Shown piece by piece: positions 38,698-47,942 of a DNA stretch of 64,000 bases (within the stretch, counting starts at the first letter, position 1; each line of letters opens with the position of its first letter). Under the pieces are notes generated by a model. It saw nothing but the letters and a program-made list of their open reading frames with translations, searched no databases and was not told where the DNA came from. The DNA is taken from assembly GCA_023265395.1 (NCBI GenBank), contig JAHFTX010000008.1, positions 9,604 through 73,603 of the forward strand. The letters are read 5' to 3'. The position numbers were made by a program, and so were the translations under genes. The DNA is from Thermoplasmata archaeon. GTDB taxonomy: Archaea > Thermoplasmatota > DTKX01 > JAHFTX01.

Positions 38698-39417
38698 CTA
38701 CTCATCGATGGCGGCGAGCATCCGGGTGACATCGGGTTCGAGGCGGGGCTCCCGCGACGGCGGCGGCGGATGCGGTCCCACGGGGCGCAACGTGCTGACG
38801 TTCCGTTGGACCTGCAACATTCGCAAGTGGGCTGCAAGGGGGGCGGGCAGCAGCAGCAGGGCCGTCGCCACACCGTAGAGCGTGATCGCCCAGGAGCTCC
38901 CCAGTGGGACGGTCTGGAGCGTGGCGAGGGCCAGCAATGCGCAGCGTGTGAGAACGGCAAGGGTGCCGATGATGACGGACTCTCGCATGTCCATCTCCAT
39001 ACCCGCAAGCGCAATCGCCAGGATCACCACCGGGGTGGTCAGCAACACTGCCGATCCCACCAGGGGTGTGGTCCCCAAGACGGCGATGAGGAGCACGAGT
39101 GCGCGCACCACCCGCAGCTCCCAGCGCAAGCCATGGAGCCAGCGGGCGCCACGCACCATCGTCGGAATCGAGCCGAGCTGGAGAATCGCGGTGGTCACGC
39201 TGTCATGGGGCGCCCTGCCACCATGGTCTGCTGCAGCCATCAGGTGGGCCCGGAGGTCCGCCGTCAGGGTCGCGCGGGCCTGGGCCGGGACCATCCACAG
39301 CGCCGAGTCGAAGGTAGCTACATGCTCTTCGATGAGGCTCAGCCAGCGGGGCCGAGTGTCGAGGGTCCCGCCGTCGGGACGGCTGCGGCGCGGGTAGAGC
39401 CGCGAGGGCGTGCTCAC
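38698..39417 (-). CDS. Hypothetical membrane protein with HAAS-like N-terminal helical domain
   Basis: R..L..DLR.HL.....AI.QLG motif followed by about 4 TM helices. The GTG start overlaps the upstream stop (GTGA). Confidence 0.6.
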   Translation of the reverse strand: MSTPSRLYPRRSRPDGGTLDTRPRWLSLIEEHVATFDSALWMVPAQARATLTADLRAHLMAAADHGGRAPHDSVTTAILQLGSIPTMVRGARWLHGLRWELRVVRALVLLIAVLGTTPLVGSAVLLTTPVVILAIALAGMEMDMRESVIIGTLAVLTRCALLALATLQTVPLGSSWAITLYGVATALLLLPAPLAAHLRMLQVQRNVSTLRPVGPHPPPPSREPRLEPDVTRMLAAIDE

Positions 39418-39554
39418 GGGGCCCCCGTTGCGTCGTCGTCCGGCAGGGAGAGCCGCCAGCGCCGCCACAGGTAGGCCATGACCAGGGCACCGGTGAGCAG
39501 GAGGCTGACCCCCGCCTGGTACGCCATCAGTCCATCGTCGAGAAGAGGTCCCAT
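39414..39554 (-). CDS. Small single-TM protein, 46 aa (not in ORF track)
   Basis: MGPLLDDGLMAYQAGVSLLLTGALVMAYLWRRWRLSLPDDDATGAP*. SD GGAGG just before the ATG; TGA overlaps the next gene's GTG. Confidence 0.6.
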   Translation of the reverse strand: MGPLLDDGLMAYQAGVSLLLTGALVMAYLWRRWRLSLPDDDATGAP

Positions 39555-39658
39555 CGCCCTCCGTTGCCCTAGCGGTGCACTGGGCTATGCTTCTTCGCAC
39601 CGCGCGGCCGTCAGTGTGGGTGAACCTTAATATCGACCCGGCGGGCTTGGCCGAAGGC

Positions 39659-40747
39659 ATGCTAGTGGACTACTACGGTCTGCTAGGAGTCGCACCAACC
39701 GCCACACGGGAGGAGGTCAAGGCGGCCTACCTCAAGCTCGCCCGCAAGTTCCACCCGGACCTCAACCACAACAGCAAGGAGTCCGAGGAGCGGTTCAAGG
39801 ACCTCAACCTCGCCTACCAGGTGCTGGTAGACCCGCAGCAGCGGCGGGATTACGATCAGCAGCGGGCGGCGGCGCTGGGGGGGGGACCTGGGCAGGAGAA
39901 TGTCGGCTGGAGCACGCCTGAGTCTGCGGGAGGTAAAGCTCAGGGAAAGTCCGGAGGCCCCACTCTCTCACCAAACGACATCGTCTACGATGTCACCATC
40001 ACCCTCGAGGAGGCGGCGATTGGGGTGACCCGTGACTTGCAGGTTCCCTCCTGGGTCAGTTGCTACCAGTGCGGCGGGCTGGGCAGTGCCGATGGGACCA
40101 CCGCCGCCGCCTGCCAGGCCTGTGCTGGATTGGGCCAGATCCAACAGGTCGAGAACCGTGGGGGGCAACGGGTCAACAACCTTTCACCCTGCACTCGCTG
40201 CCGCGGGATCGGGAGGCTGACCACCAACCCCTGCACCGTCTGCAAGGGCCGGGGGAAGGTCACGCAGCACCAGGTCATGACCGTCTCGATCCCTCAGGGT
40301 GTCCACGATGGGGTCGCCTTGGAGGTCCCCATGCACGGGAACCCCATGCAGCCAGGCGGACGCATGTTCGTGCGGGTGTCGATTCCCGCACACCCCAAGT
40401 TCAAGCGCGACGGTACCGACGTGCGTTCCAAGCTTTCCATCCCCTTTTCGATGGCCGCGATGGGCGGTGAGGTCGATGTCCCCACCCTCCAAGGAGTCTC
40501 GCGGTTGAGCGTGCCCCAGGGCACCGATGGGGGGACCGTCTTCCGAATCAAGGGCAAGGGGATGCCCGACCCCTATGGGGGCAGTCATGGCGATCACCTG
40601 GTGGCCGTCCGAATCGAGGTTCCCACGGACCTGACCGAAGAACAGCGCCAGCTCCTGCGCGAATACGCTCGCGCCCGAGGTGAACCCCTGCCAGAGGCGC
40701 GGCCTCCAGGTTGGAAGGGGAGCGGCCTTGGTGGCCGCTGGCGCTAG
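39659..40747 (+). CDS. dnaJ: DnaJ/Hsp40 chaperone with zinc finger
   Basis: DYY.LLGV, HPD, four CxxCxGxG repeats, C-terminal HP.F.R.G.D / GKGMP / GD..V. CTTAATA box at about 39626. Confidence 0.92.
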   Translation: MLVDYYGLLGVAPTATREEVKAAYLKLARKFHPDLNHNSKESEERFKDLNLAYQVLVDPQQRRDYDQQRAAALGGGPGQENVGWSTPESAGGKAQGKSGGPTLSPNDIVYDVTITLEEAAIGVTRDLQVPSWVSCYQCGGLGSADGTTAAACQACAGLGQIQQVENRGGQRVNNLSPCTRCRGIGRLTTNPCTVCKGRGKVTQHQVMTVSIPQGVHDGVALEVPMHGNPMQPGGRMFVRVSIPAHPKFKRDGTDVRSKLSIPFSMAAMGGEVDVPTLQGVSRLSVPQGTDGGTVFRIKGKGMPDPYGGSHGDHLVAVRIEVPTDLTEEQRQLLREYARARGEPLPEARPPGWKGSGLGGRWR

Positions 40748-40917
40748 GCGGGAGTCTCTCGACGAGTGGTGGCCGCGCGCAGGTCCGTGCGTGGGCCAAG
40801 AGGCTCAGCCACTGCATGGTCGGTGCCGCTGCGGTCTCCTCGCCAGATCGATGTCGGGGGGGTTGGCGGGTAAGCTTCTATGGCGCAGGCACCCCATCGT
40901 CCCTGCCGGAGGGGCAC

Positions 40918-42021
40918 ATGGGGTCGATGGCCACTCCCGTTGTCGATCCGGTCGGGACGGTGGCGATACTCAGCGGGGAGGCGCCAGAGCTTGCCGCAGC
41001 GGAGCTTCTCACACTGGTGGAAGGGGAGGGGTGGCGAGGGTCCGCCAAGCTGCTGCAGCCCCGGCTGGTGCTCGTACGTCCAGCCCTTGAGGCGCCCCTT
41101 GCAGCGGTGGCCCTCGAGCGGCTGGGTCTGACCCATCGTCTCATCGCACTCTGGGCAGAGGCGCACTTCGATGGGTCTCCCGCCAGCTTGCCGCAGAGGG
41201 TGCCATTGCCCGAGGGGACCTTCTGCGTCCGTGTCGAGCGGGTCTCGGGGTCTTGGCCCACCCTCGACGTCCCCCAGCTGCAGCGCACCCTGGGGGAGCG
41301 TTGGGGCACTGCTCCCCGGAACCCAGTGTCCCTAGTCGATCCGGGGACAGAGGTCCGGGTGGTGCTCCAAGGAGAGCTTGCCTTCATCGGTGCGACATTC
41401 GGGACGATCGAGCGAGGGCCTTTCCAGAAGCGCCATGTCCGCAACCGGCCCTTCTTCCGGCCGGTCTCCCTCAGCCCCCCGATCGCCCGAGCGCTCGTGG
41501 TCCTCAGTGGCGTGCGCCCCCCGCAGGCCATCCTCGACCCATGCTGTGGGACAGGGGGCTTCCTCTTGGAGGCTGCTTCTGCTGGGGTGCCCTGCATCGG
41601 GGCTGACATCGATTCGCAGATGGTACAGGGTGCTCTGGCCAACCTCGACCATTTGGGCCTTGCGGCGACCGCCATGGTCTCAAGCCCACTGGGGGAGCTT
41701 GGAGCGCTGCTGCGGGGCCGCGGGCTTGCGACTGGCGGGATGGTGACCGACCTTCCCTACGGGCGCTCGAGCACCCTCTTTGGGAGCACACCCGAGCGGG
41801 TCGTGGAGGATGTCCTTGCACTGGCGATGGAAGTCCTCTCACCGGGCGCGCACATCGTCCTGGTCAGCCCTCAACCTATCAGGGAGGGCGCAGTCCCAGA
41901 AGGGCTGGAGGTCGTTGACCGTTTTTCCCTTCGGGCGCACCGCAGCCTGACCCGGTACATCGTCCGCCTGCGCCGCCGAGCACCCGACCCCGCAGCAGAG
42001 GCAGAACTCCGCAAGGCTTAG
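40918..42021 (+). CDS. trm11: tRNA (guanine-10-N2)-dimethyltransferase-like protein (THUMP plus SAM-dependent methyltransferase)
   Basis: LSGE.PELA.AE, RPFF.PVSL.P..ARALV.L, LDP.CGTGG.L.EA, G.DID..MV.G...NL, TD.PYGRS, HRSLTR.I. Confidence 0.85.
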   Translation: MGSMATPVVDPVGTVAILSGEAPELAAAELLTLVEGEGWRGSAKLLQPRLVLVRPALEAPLAAVALERLGLTHRLIALWAEAHFDGSPASLPQRVPLPEGTFCVRVERVSGSWPTLDVPQLQRTLGERWGTAPRNPVSLVDPGTEVRVVLQGELAFIGATFGTIERGPFQKRHVRNRPFFRPVSLSPPIARALVVLSGVRPPQAILDPCCGTGGFLLEAASAGVPCIGADIDSQMVQGALANLDHLGLAATAMVSSPLGELGALLRGRGLATGGMVTDLPYGRSSTLFGSTPERVVEDVLALAMEVLSPGAHIVLVSPQPIREGAVPEGLEVVDRFSLRAHRSLTRYIVRLRRRAPDPAAEAELRKA

Positions 42022-42046
42022 GACGCGTCAAGGGCTGCCGTCGCCC

Positions 42047-42595
42047 ATGAGCCGCGGGCCGCGCACGTTCCACTTGCTGTTCCTGGGCGACAAGGACGTC
42101 GGGATCACCAGCCTGATCGAACACACCCCCATCGACTACGCTGGCGAAGGAGATTGGGGCTTGGGGATCGAATTCTACCAACAGAATGTCCGCCTGCAGG
42201 AGGGGCCCGCCCGCCTGGTCATGTTCGAGCTCGGCCGCGAGGATTCCTTTGCCACCGTCGCTCGCAACTTCAAGCGAGACTGCGGCGTCATCCTCGTCTA
42301 TGACGTCACCCGCCCGACGACCTTGGCCAACGTCCTCGACACCTTCTCCCGCCTCAAGCCCCACCTGCCGGAGGTCATCCCCCGGATCCTCGTCGCCAAC
42401 AAGGCGGACCTCGAGGATTCTCGGGAGGTCGACACCCCAGCGGGGTTCGCCGCAGCATCGGCAATCGACGCCGAGTACCTCGAGACCTCGGTCGTGGACA
42501 AGGATCGGGAGAACATCCAATTGGTCTTGACCGACATCGCTGAGGCCATCGCCCACGTCGACTTCGACGAGGGCGACTCTCAAGACCTCGAGTAA
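42047..42595 (+). CDS. Rab-like small GTPase with degenerate G1-G3 motifs
   Basis: G1 GDKDVGITS, LGIEF, RLVMFELGREDSF, LVYDVT, G4 ILVANKADL, G5 YLETSV. Confidence 0.82.
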   Translation: MSRGPRTFHLLFLGDKDVGITSLIEHTPIDYAGEGDWGLGIEFYQQNVRLQEGPARLVMFELGREDSFATVARNFKRDCGVILVYDVTRPTTLANVLDTFSRLKPHLPEVIPRILVANKADLEDSREVDTPAGFAAASAIDAEYLETSVVDKDRENIQLVLTDIAEAIAHVDFDEGDSQDLE

Positions 42596-42662
42596 GTCCC
42601 GAAGGTAGGACCGTCGCCGCTCCCGCGGGGCGGGCTCCAATGCCCGCCCCGCTGCCTTCCTG

Positions 42663-45600
42663 CTACTTGTGGCGAGCCGTCTGGCTGACGATCGCGGCCA
42701 TCGGAGGGTCGAGCGCGGACTGCGCGATGGCGGGGTCGGCCTCTGCCGCAGCTGCTCCAAGCAGTTGGGTCAGCGATAGCGCGCTCGCTGCGCCCGTGGT
42801 CAAGGAGACACCCCCGACAACTGGCGCCACGGTGGTCACGAGCACGAAGCCGCCGGCGAGGCTCCCATGGTTGGAGAGACCGACCTGTCGCCCGCCGGTA
42901 GGTCCAAGCTCGCGGCTGGACGTGGGTTTGCTGCGCGAATCATGGGGGTTGGTCGGCCAGGGATCGGCGCGATACTCATCGATGTTGCTCCATTGGTCGG
43001 CGTCAGGGTCCCCGGCAGAGCCGTTGTCGCCGATCGGCTCCCGGTCGTTGAGGTTGTAGACCTTCTCGTACCAGAAGGGGATCAAATCCTGGTCTCCATC
43101 GGTCAGGAACAGCAGGAAGTAGGCATCCGGGATCGGGATGGGCAGCACCAGCGGGCGCCCGTTCCCGTCGAAGAGGTTCTTCGAGATGATGGGGCTGAGG
43201 TACTGCGAGGGGTCGGTGGTCAGCTCGTTGATACCATCGGCGTCGACATCCGTGCCCGCGACGTATTCCTGGAGGTTGGGGAAGCTCTCGTTCTCCCAGA
43301 TGGGGTCGATGAACCCGTCCCCATTGAAGTCCTTGCGGGTGATGATCCAGTTCTCGCCCTCGTCGTACTGGAGGTTGCCGTTCGCATCGTTGAACTTGCT
43401 CGAATAGTTCATGCCGTCCTGGTCGGGATCGTCATACCAGTCGGTGGGAACCAATGGGTCGATGGTGTACTTGTTCGTCCCATTGATCGGCCGCCCATAT
43501 GCGACCTCGAAACCGTCTGGCATCCCATCCCTATCACTGTCGGGGTCGAGCGGGTCGGTCTGCCCAAAGGGACGCCGGAACTCCTCGACGTCCTCCAACC
43601 CGTCCTGGTCGATGTCGCCATCGAGGGAGGAGGGGATGATCGGGTTGAGGGCATTGGTGCCCTTGGCGACGACGCGAAGGGGGCGTTCGGGCAGTCCCGA
43701 GGGAATCACCCCGGGGATCTTGTCCCGGTCATCATTGGCGGTATCGCCGTCCGTGTCATTGCCGTTGTACGTGAACCCAGTCCGAGGGTCCTCCCAGGCC
43801 ATCACGGGGATGGTGCGGTAGACGTTCTGCCCCATAACCCGTTGCAGCTCCACGCTGCTTTCGGCGTCGACCCAGGTGCGTTCCCACTCCTGGAGGTTGG
43901 TCCAGTTGTCGCCATAGGTGAATCCCGCGGCTGGGCCATCGGAATTGTCTCCCGGGTCGCAGGCTTGCAGGTACGTGCTGCCGGCGGTAGGCTCGAAGTA
44001 GAGGCGTTCCCACCAGTCGGCGATGCCATCGGGCTCTGAGTCGAAGGCGTCGTCGCTGAATGCCCACTCATGGTTCCACCAATCGTCCCCCTTGCCATTG
44101 CTGGGGTCGGTGTTGTAGATCCACTCGTCGATGTTATGGAAGCCGTCGTTGTCCTTGTCCCCCTTGCCGTCGGAGTTGAGGATGGGGTTGAGGTCATAGA
44201 TCCGCTCCCACCAGTCGGGCATCCCGTCGCGATCGGTGTCCGAATAGACCGGCTGCCGGAGCAGCAGTGGGCGGCCCGAGGGGTCGAGATAGGTGTCGGA
44301 ACCGTCAAGGATGTCGTCCGCATCGGTGTCGGGATTGAATGGCTCCGTGCGGTGCTGGTACTCTGCGATGTTGTTGAACCCGTCGAGGTCGAAGTCCTCC
44401 TCGCTGTCGAGCACGTCGTCATCGTTGGGGTCGGAGGCATCGGAGTTGATGCGGGTCGGGTCGAGCTTGAACAGCCCGTAGGCGAGCTCCCAGAAGGTCG
44501 GCAGGCCGTCCTTGTCGAGGTCCGAGTGGTCGAACTCGAAGCCGTCGGTCATGCCGTCATAGTCACTGTCTTGCAGCTTGGGGTCGGAGCTGTTGACGAT
44601 CCCGACGGTGCTATAGACCACTTCGAAGCGGAGGACAGACCCGTCGATGTCTTTGATGGGACGGATCTTGGGGTTCCCAACGTCCTGCCCGTCGATTGGG
44701 TCGAAGTCCGTCAGCACCTCCAGGCCGTCCGAGAGCCCATCGCTATCGCTATCGGCCCGCAGGGCGTAGGGCCTGACCGTCGCACGCTGGTTGTTGACGG
44801 GCGTCCAGATATCGATTCCCAAGACCTCTTGGAGGTCGGAGAGACCGTCGCCGTCGCTATCGGACTGAGTCGGGTCGAGGTACTGCCATCCGGCGTCGGG
44901 GTCGGCATCGATAGTGTACAACTCGTCGAAGTCGGAGATCCCATCACCATCGGTGTCAGGGGCCGAGGCGTTGAGGGTGTAGCCGCGGAGGCGGCCGCGG
45001 ACCTCGTTGTAGTCGTTGAGGTCATGCTCCTCGTTGGGGTTGGAGCTCCCGTCATTGTCATCGTCGATGTCCTGGCCGTTCTTGGGTCCATCGAGGATGT
45101 ACTCCTCGTCGGCGCCGAAGTAGTTGTCCCCATCCTCATCGTCAGAAACGTCGTCGAGGTCGGTGTCAATCGCAGTGGCGCAGGTGAAATACCGTTCTTC
45201 CTTGTCGTTGACCCACACTAGCCATCCCTTGATGATCTCCTCGTCGTCGTGGAGCCGATCCCCGTCGGTGTCGAGCTTGAATGGGTCGGTGTTGTTGTAG
45301 TACTCTTCCAAGTTGAGCAGCCCATCGGGATGGGAAGCCCCGGTCTCGTCGAGATCGTTGTCTTCTTGGGCGTCCGCTGCGCGAAGCGGATCGAGATGAT
45401 AGGCCACCTCCCACCCATCTGGGATCTTGTCGCTGTCGGTGTCGGGGTCTTTTGGATGGGTCCCTGCGTCGAACTCGGCGATGTTCTGCAACTCATCGCC
45501 ATCAGGGTCAGCGAAACGGTCGTTGGGGTCGAGTGGATTGAGGCCGTAGTAGATCTCCCAGCCGTCGAACATGTGGTCGCCATCGGTGTCCGGGTTGATC

Positions 45601-46898
45601 GGGTCCGTGCCGTAGATGCAGATCTCAGCGAAGTCGATTGCCAAGCGCCCCCCCCGCTCGAGCCCCAAGCCGGTCGGCTTCTCCTGGTAACTGTCGCGGT
45701 CGGTGTCGGGGTCGCCCGGGTCAGTGCCAAGGTGGTATTCGTCGATGTTGAATCCGGTGATCCCTTGCGCGTCTCCGGTACAGTTCTCAGAGACCCCATA
45801 GTTGGCAGCGTCCTGGTCAGGATCGAGGTAGCGGTCCCCCGGATAGGTCGGGTCGATCGGCACGATCCACTCCCAGAACGGGACCCCCCGGTCGTTGGTC
45901 GAGTTGACATGGCCGAGTCCGTAGAATGCCTCCCAGCCATCGGTCATGCCGTCTGCATCGGTGTCCGCGTTGACGGGCGAGGTCTCGTTGAGTGGGTTGA
46001 GCAGGTCCTCGAGGTCGACATCGAACCGAGCCTGGTACTCCATGATGTTGGTGAACTGCTCACCGCCCCGAATGACCAGCTTGGGATCGGGGTCATTGGC
46101 GTTGAAGCAGGGTGCCAGTGGCCGCTGGAAGCAAAAGATTCCCTGGATGTCCACTAGGTCATTGGTCCCGACGCCGCCGAGGCTGGGGCCATGCAGCTCC
46201 ACGGGGCGGTTGCCGCGGGATTGGACCTCCACGGAGAGGTTCTGCAGTTGTTGGGCGTCCAGGTCTGCGATTGAGAACCGGATGATGTTATCGACCTCCC
46301 CGCCGAGCCCCAGCCGGTAGGAACCATTGTCGTCGACGACAGCGTGCTCGATTCGCACCGAAGAGCCGCTGAATTCGAGCTTGTTGCTGAGCAGGTTCTC
46401 GACCGTCTTGATCTCGTAGTCGCTGTTGGGTGCGACCTTGAGGTCCGAGAGGAAGACGTTGTCGAAGAAGGAATCAATACGGCCGTTGTGGTTGAAGTCG
46501 TAGCCGTCCCCGTCGGGGTCCTCATAGGCGTCGGTCGGGTCGTTGGGGTCGACGTTGAACTGGTTGGTGAATAGGTCACGCACACCGTACTTGACCTCCC
46601 AGGCGTCGCCGATCCCATCCCCGTCGGTATCGGGGTTGCTCTCGTTGGTACCGTACCGATAGTTCTCGGCGAGGTTGGAGAGGCCATCGCCATCGGTATC
46701 AACCTCGGGGAGCGCGACGTCCTTCTGCGCGACTGAGAACTTGATGTCCGGACTCTTGTCGACGGCGGTCGAACCCTGGTTCGAGAAGGCAATCGCCCCA
46801 GCGACGAGCAGCAGCGCCACGATGAGCACGACGACGCTGATGATCACATCGTACCGCTTGATGCGGTCCATCTGCTTCCATTGGTCCCAAAAGCCCAT
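42663..46898 (-). CDS. Giant acidic Ca2+-binding repeat protein (thrombospondin type-3-like DTDGDG repeats) with N-terminal membrane anchor
   Basis: TM VIISVVVLIVALLLVAGAIAF. More than 20 D(T/S/P)DxDGxxD..E....T.P repeats. Confidence 0.87.
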   Translation of the reverse strand: MGFWDQWKQMDRIKRYDVIISVVVLIVALLLVAGAIAFSNQGSTAVDKSPDIKFSVAQKDVALPEVDTDGDGLSNLAENYRYGTNESNPDTDGDGIGDAWEVKYGVRDLFTNQFNVDPNDPTDAYEDPDGDGYDFNHNGRIDSFFDNVFLSDLKVAPNSDYEIKTVENLLSNKLEFSGSSVRIEHAVVDDNGSYRLGLGGEVDNIIRFSIADLDAQQLQNLSVEVQSRGNRPVELHGPSLGGVGTNDLVDIQGIFCFQRPLAPCFNANDPDPKLVIRGGEQFTNIMEYQARFDVDLEDLLNPLNETSPVNADTDADGMTDGWEAFYGLGHVNSTNDRGVPFWEWIVPIDPTYPGDRYLDPDQDAANYGVSENCTGDAQGITGFNIDEYHLGTDPGDPDTDRDSYQEKPTGLGLERGGRLAIDFAEICIYGTDPINPDTDGDHMFDGWEIYYGLNPLDPNDRFADPDGDELQNIAEFDAGTHPKDPDTDSDKIPDGWEVAYHLDPLRAADAQEDNDLDETGASHPDGLLNLEEYYNNTDPFKLDTDGDRLHDDEEIIKGWLVWVNDKEERYFTCATAIDTDLDDVSDDEDGDNYFGADEEYILDGPKNGQDIDDDNDGSSNPNEEHDLNDYNEVRGRLRGYTLNASAPDTDGDGISDFDELYTIDADPDAGWQYLDPTQSDSDGDGLSDLQEVLGIDIWTPVNNQRATVRPYALRADSDSDGLSDGLEVLTDFDPIDGQDVGNPKIRPIKDIDGSVLRFEVVYSTVGIVNSSDPKLQDSDYDGMTDGFEFDHSDLDKDGLPTFWELAYGLFKLDPTRINSDASDPNDDDVLDSEEDFDLDGFNNIAEYQHRTEPFNPDTDADDILDGSDTYLDPSGRPLLLRQPVYSDTDRDGMPDWWERIYDLNPILNSDGKGDKDNDGFHNIDEWIYNTDPSNGKGDDWWNHEWAFSDDAFDSEPDGIADWWERLYFEPTAGSTYLQACDPGDNSDGPAAGFTYGDNWTNLQEWERTWVDAESSVELQRVMGQNVYRTIPVMAWEDPRTGFTYNGNDTDGDTANDDRDKIPGVIPSGLPERPLRVVAKGTNALNPIIPSSLDGDIDQDGLEDVEEFRRPFGQTDPLDPDSDRDGMPDGFEVAYGRPINGTNKYTIDPLVPTDWYDDPDQDGMNYSSKFNDANGNLQYDEGENWIITRKDFNGDGFIDPIWENESFPNLQEYVAGTDVDADGINELTTDPSQYLSPIISKNLFDGNGRPLVLPIPIPDAYFLLFLTDGDQDLIPFWYEKVYNLNDREPIGDNGSAGDPDADQWSNIDEYRADPWPTNPHDSRSKPTSSRELGPTGGRQVGLSNHGSLAGGFVLVTTVAPVVGGVSLTTGAASALSLTQLLGAAAAEADPAIAQSALDPPMAAIVSQTARHK

Positions 46899-46937
46899 GT
46901 CCAGCACACTCCTTCCCGTTGCGGTAGGTCCGATAGC

Positions 46938-47414
46938 TCAATTGCGCCAGGGTCGCGTCATCCACCATCGGGAGGTGACGACGACGAGCGTGACGCCGAT
47001 GACCATGCTCATCAGTGTTAGGGTTCCGACCTGGCTGGGGTCGACCACGGGAACCTCGAACCAGACGAGGTAGACCGCCAGGGCGATCAACGCGACCCCA
47101 CCAAGCCACAGAGGGGTGCTCAGCATCAGCGAGACCGAGACGTTCTCCGGGTGCAGGAGTTTCTGCCCCTTGCGCGTGAGCTGGTAGTAGACCCACTTGC
47201 GGTCCTCTTCGAGCTTGGTGACCAAGCCAACCTCCACCAGCCGTTCGAGGTGGCCATGGGCGGTGCTCTTGCTCACCCGTAGGCTCCGTGCTAGGTCGGA
47301 GACCGTCTGTTGATGCTCGTCGAGCTGCTTGAGGATGTCAATGCGCAGCGGGTGGGAAAGGGCCCTGAAGGACTCAGCATCCAACAACACGTGGCCGAAT
47401 ATTCGCATGGACAT
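46938..47414 (-). CDS. ArsR-family winged-helix regulator with two C-terminal TM helices
   Basis: FRALS.P.R..ILK.L....TVSDL...L..SKST...HL..L...GLV...EDRKWVYY.LT.KG, then two hydrophobic helices. CTTAAGTA box at 47433-47440 on the - strand. Confidence 0.88.
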   Translation of the reverse strand: MSMRIFGHVLLDAESFRALSHPLRIDILKQLDEHQQTVSDLARSLRVSKSTAHGHLERLVEVGLVTKLEEDRKWVYYQLTRKGQKLLHPENVSVSLMLSTPLWLGGVALIALAVYLVWFEVPVVDPSQVGTLTLMSMVIGVTLVVVTSRWWMTRPWRN

Positions 47415-47882
47415 CACTTGAGGAGGCCGACGATACTTAAGGGTTGTAGCAATCGTTCGGAACTCCAGAACACGGATATCATCATCGGCAACCCAATGGC
47501 ATTCTGGGAATCGAAGTCTACTTACGAGAGAACTGCTTCGGCCCTACGTATTCCAGAGTTCCAACCCTACAATCATTCTCGATTCGCTGGCAACTTCCCG
47601 GTGTCACTCGGAAGGCAGCCAGACGCCTGGTGGATACCGCCAAGATCGGAGGTCGCCAGGCTCAGCGCTCACTGGCGCTGGTCGATGGGAGCACGCCCGA
47701 GGAGCTTGGGGGCAATCCCGCTCGTATTTCAATCCCGCCGCTGGGGCGTCAGACAAGCGGGGGATTTGGGAGGCCGAATGGCCACCGATTGGCCAAGGAT
47801 GGCTACCCGCGGGCAGCCTGCTGAGAAAGGGATATGAACCTTCTCTAGCAGCCTGTCGGACAAAACTCAAGCACCACCGATA

Positions 47883-47904
47883 TCCGTTAGATATATATTG
47901 CGGA
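47883..47904. promoter_or_regulatory. ftsZ promoter: AT-rich core inside an imperfect palindrome
   Basis: TCCGTTAGATATATATTGCGGA. Confidence 0.5.
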
Positions 47905-47942
47905 AACATTATTCACCATCCATCGGGCAAATCCCGTAGTGA

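Noticed and set aside
39659-40747. dnaJ without dnaK/grpE and with no G/F-rich linker as a novel system
   Set aside because: Stand-alone DnaJ paralogs are common; the partner genes are probably elsewhere.
42663-46898. Repetitive DNA suggesting a CRISPR or tandem array
   Set aside because: The repeats are degenerate, in-frame protein DxDxDG motifs; there is no identical repeat-spacer structure and no cas gene.
47600-47870. SRP RNA or RNase P RNA
   Set aside because: No SRP helix-8 motif (CAGG..GGAA..AGCA) or RNase P GAGGAAAGUCC signature was found on either strand.
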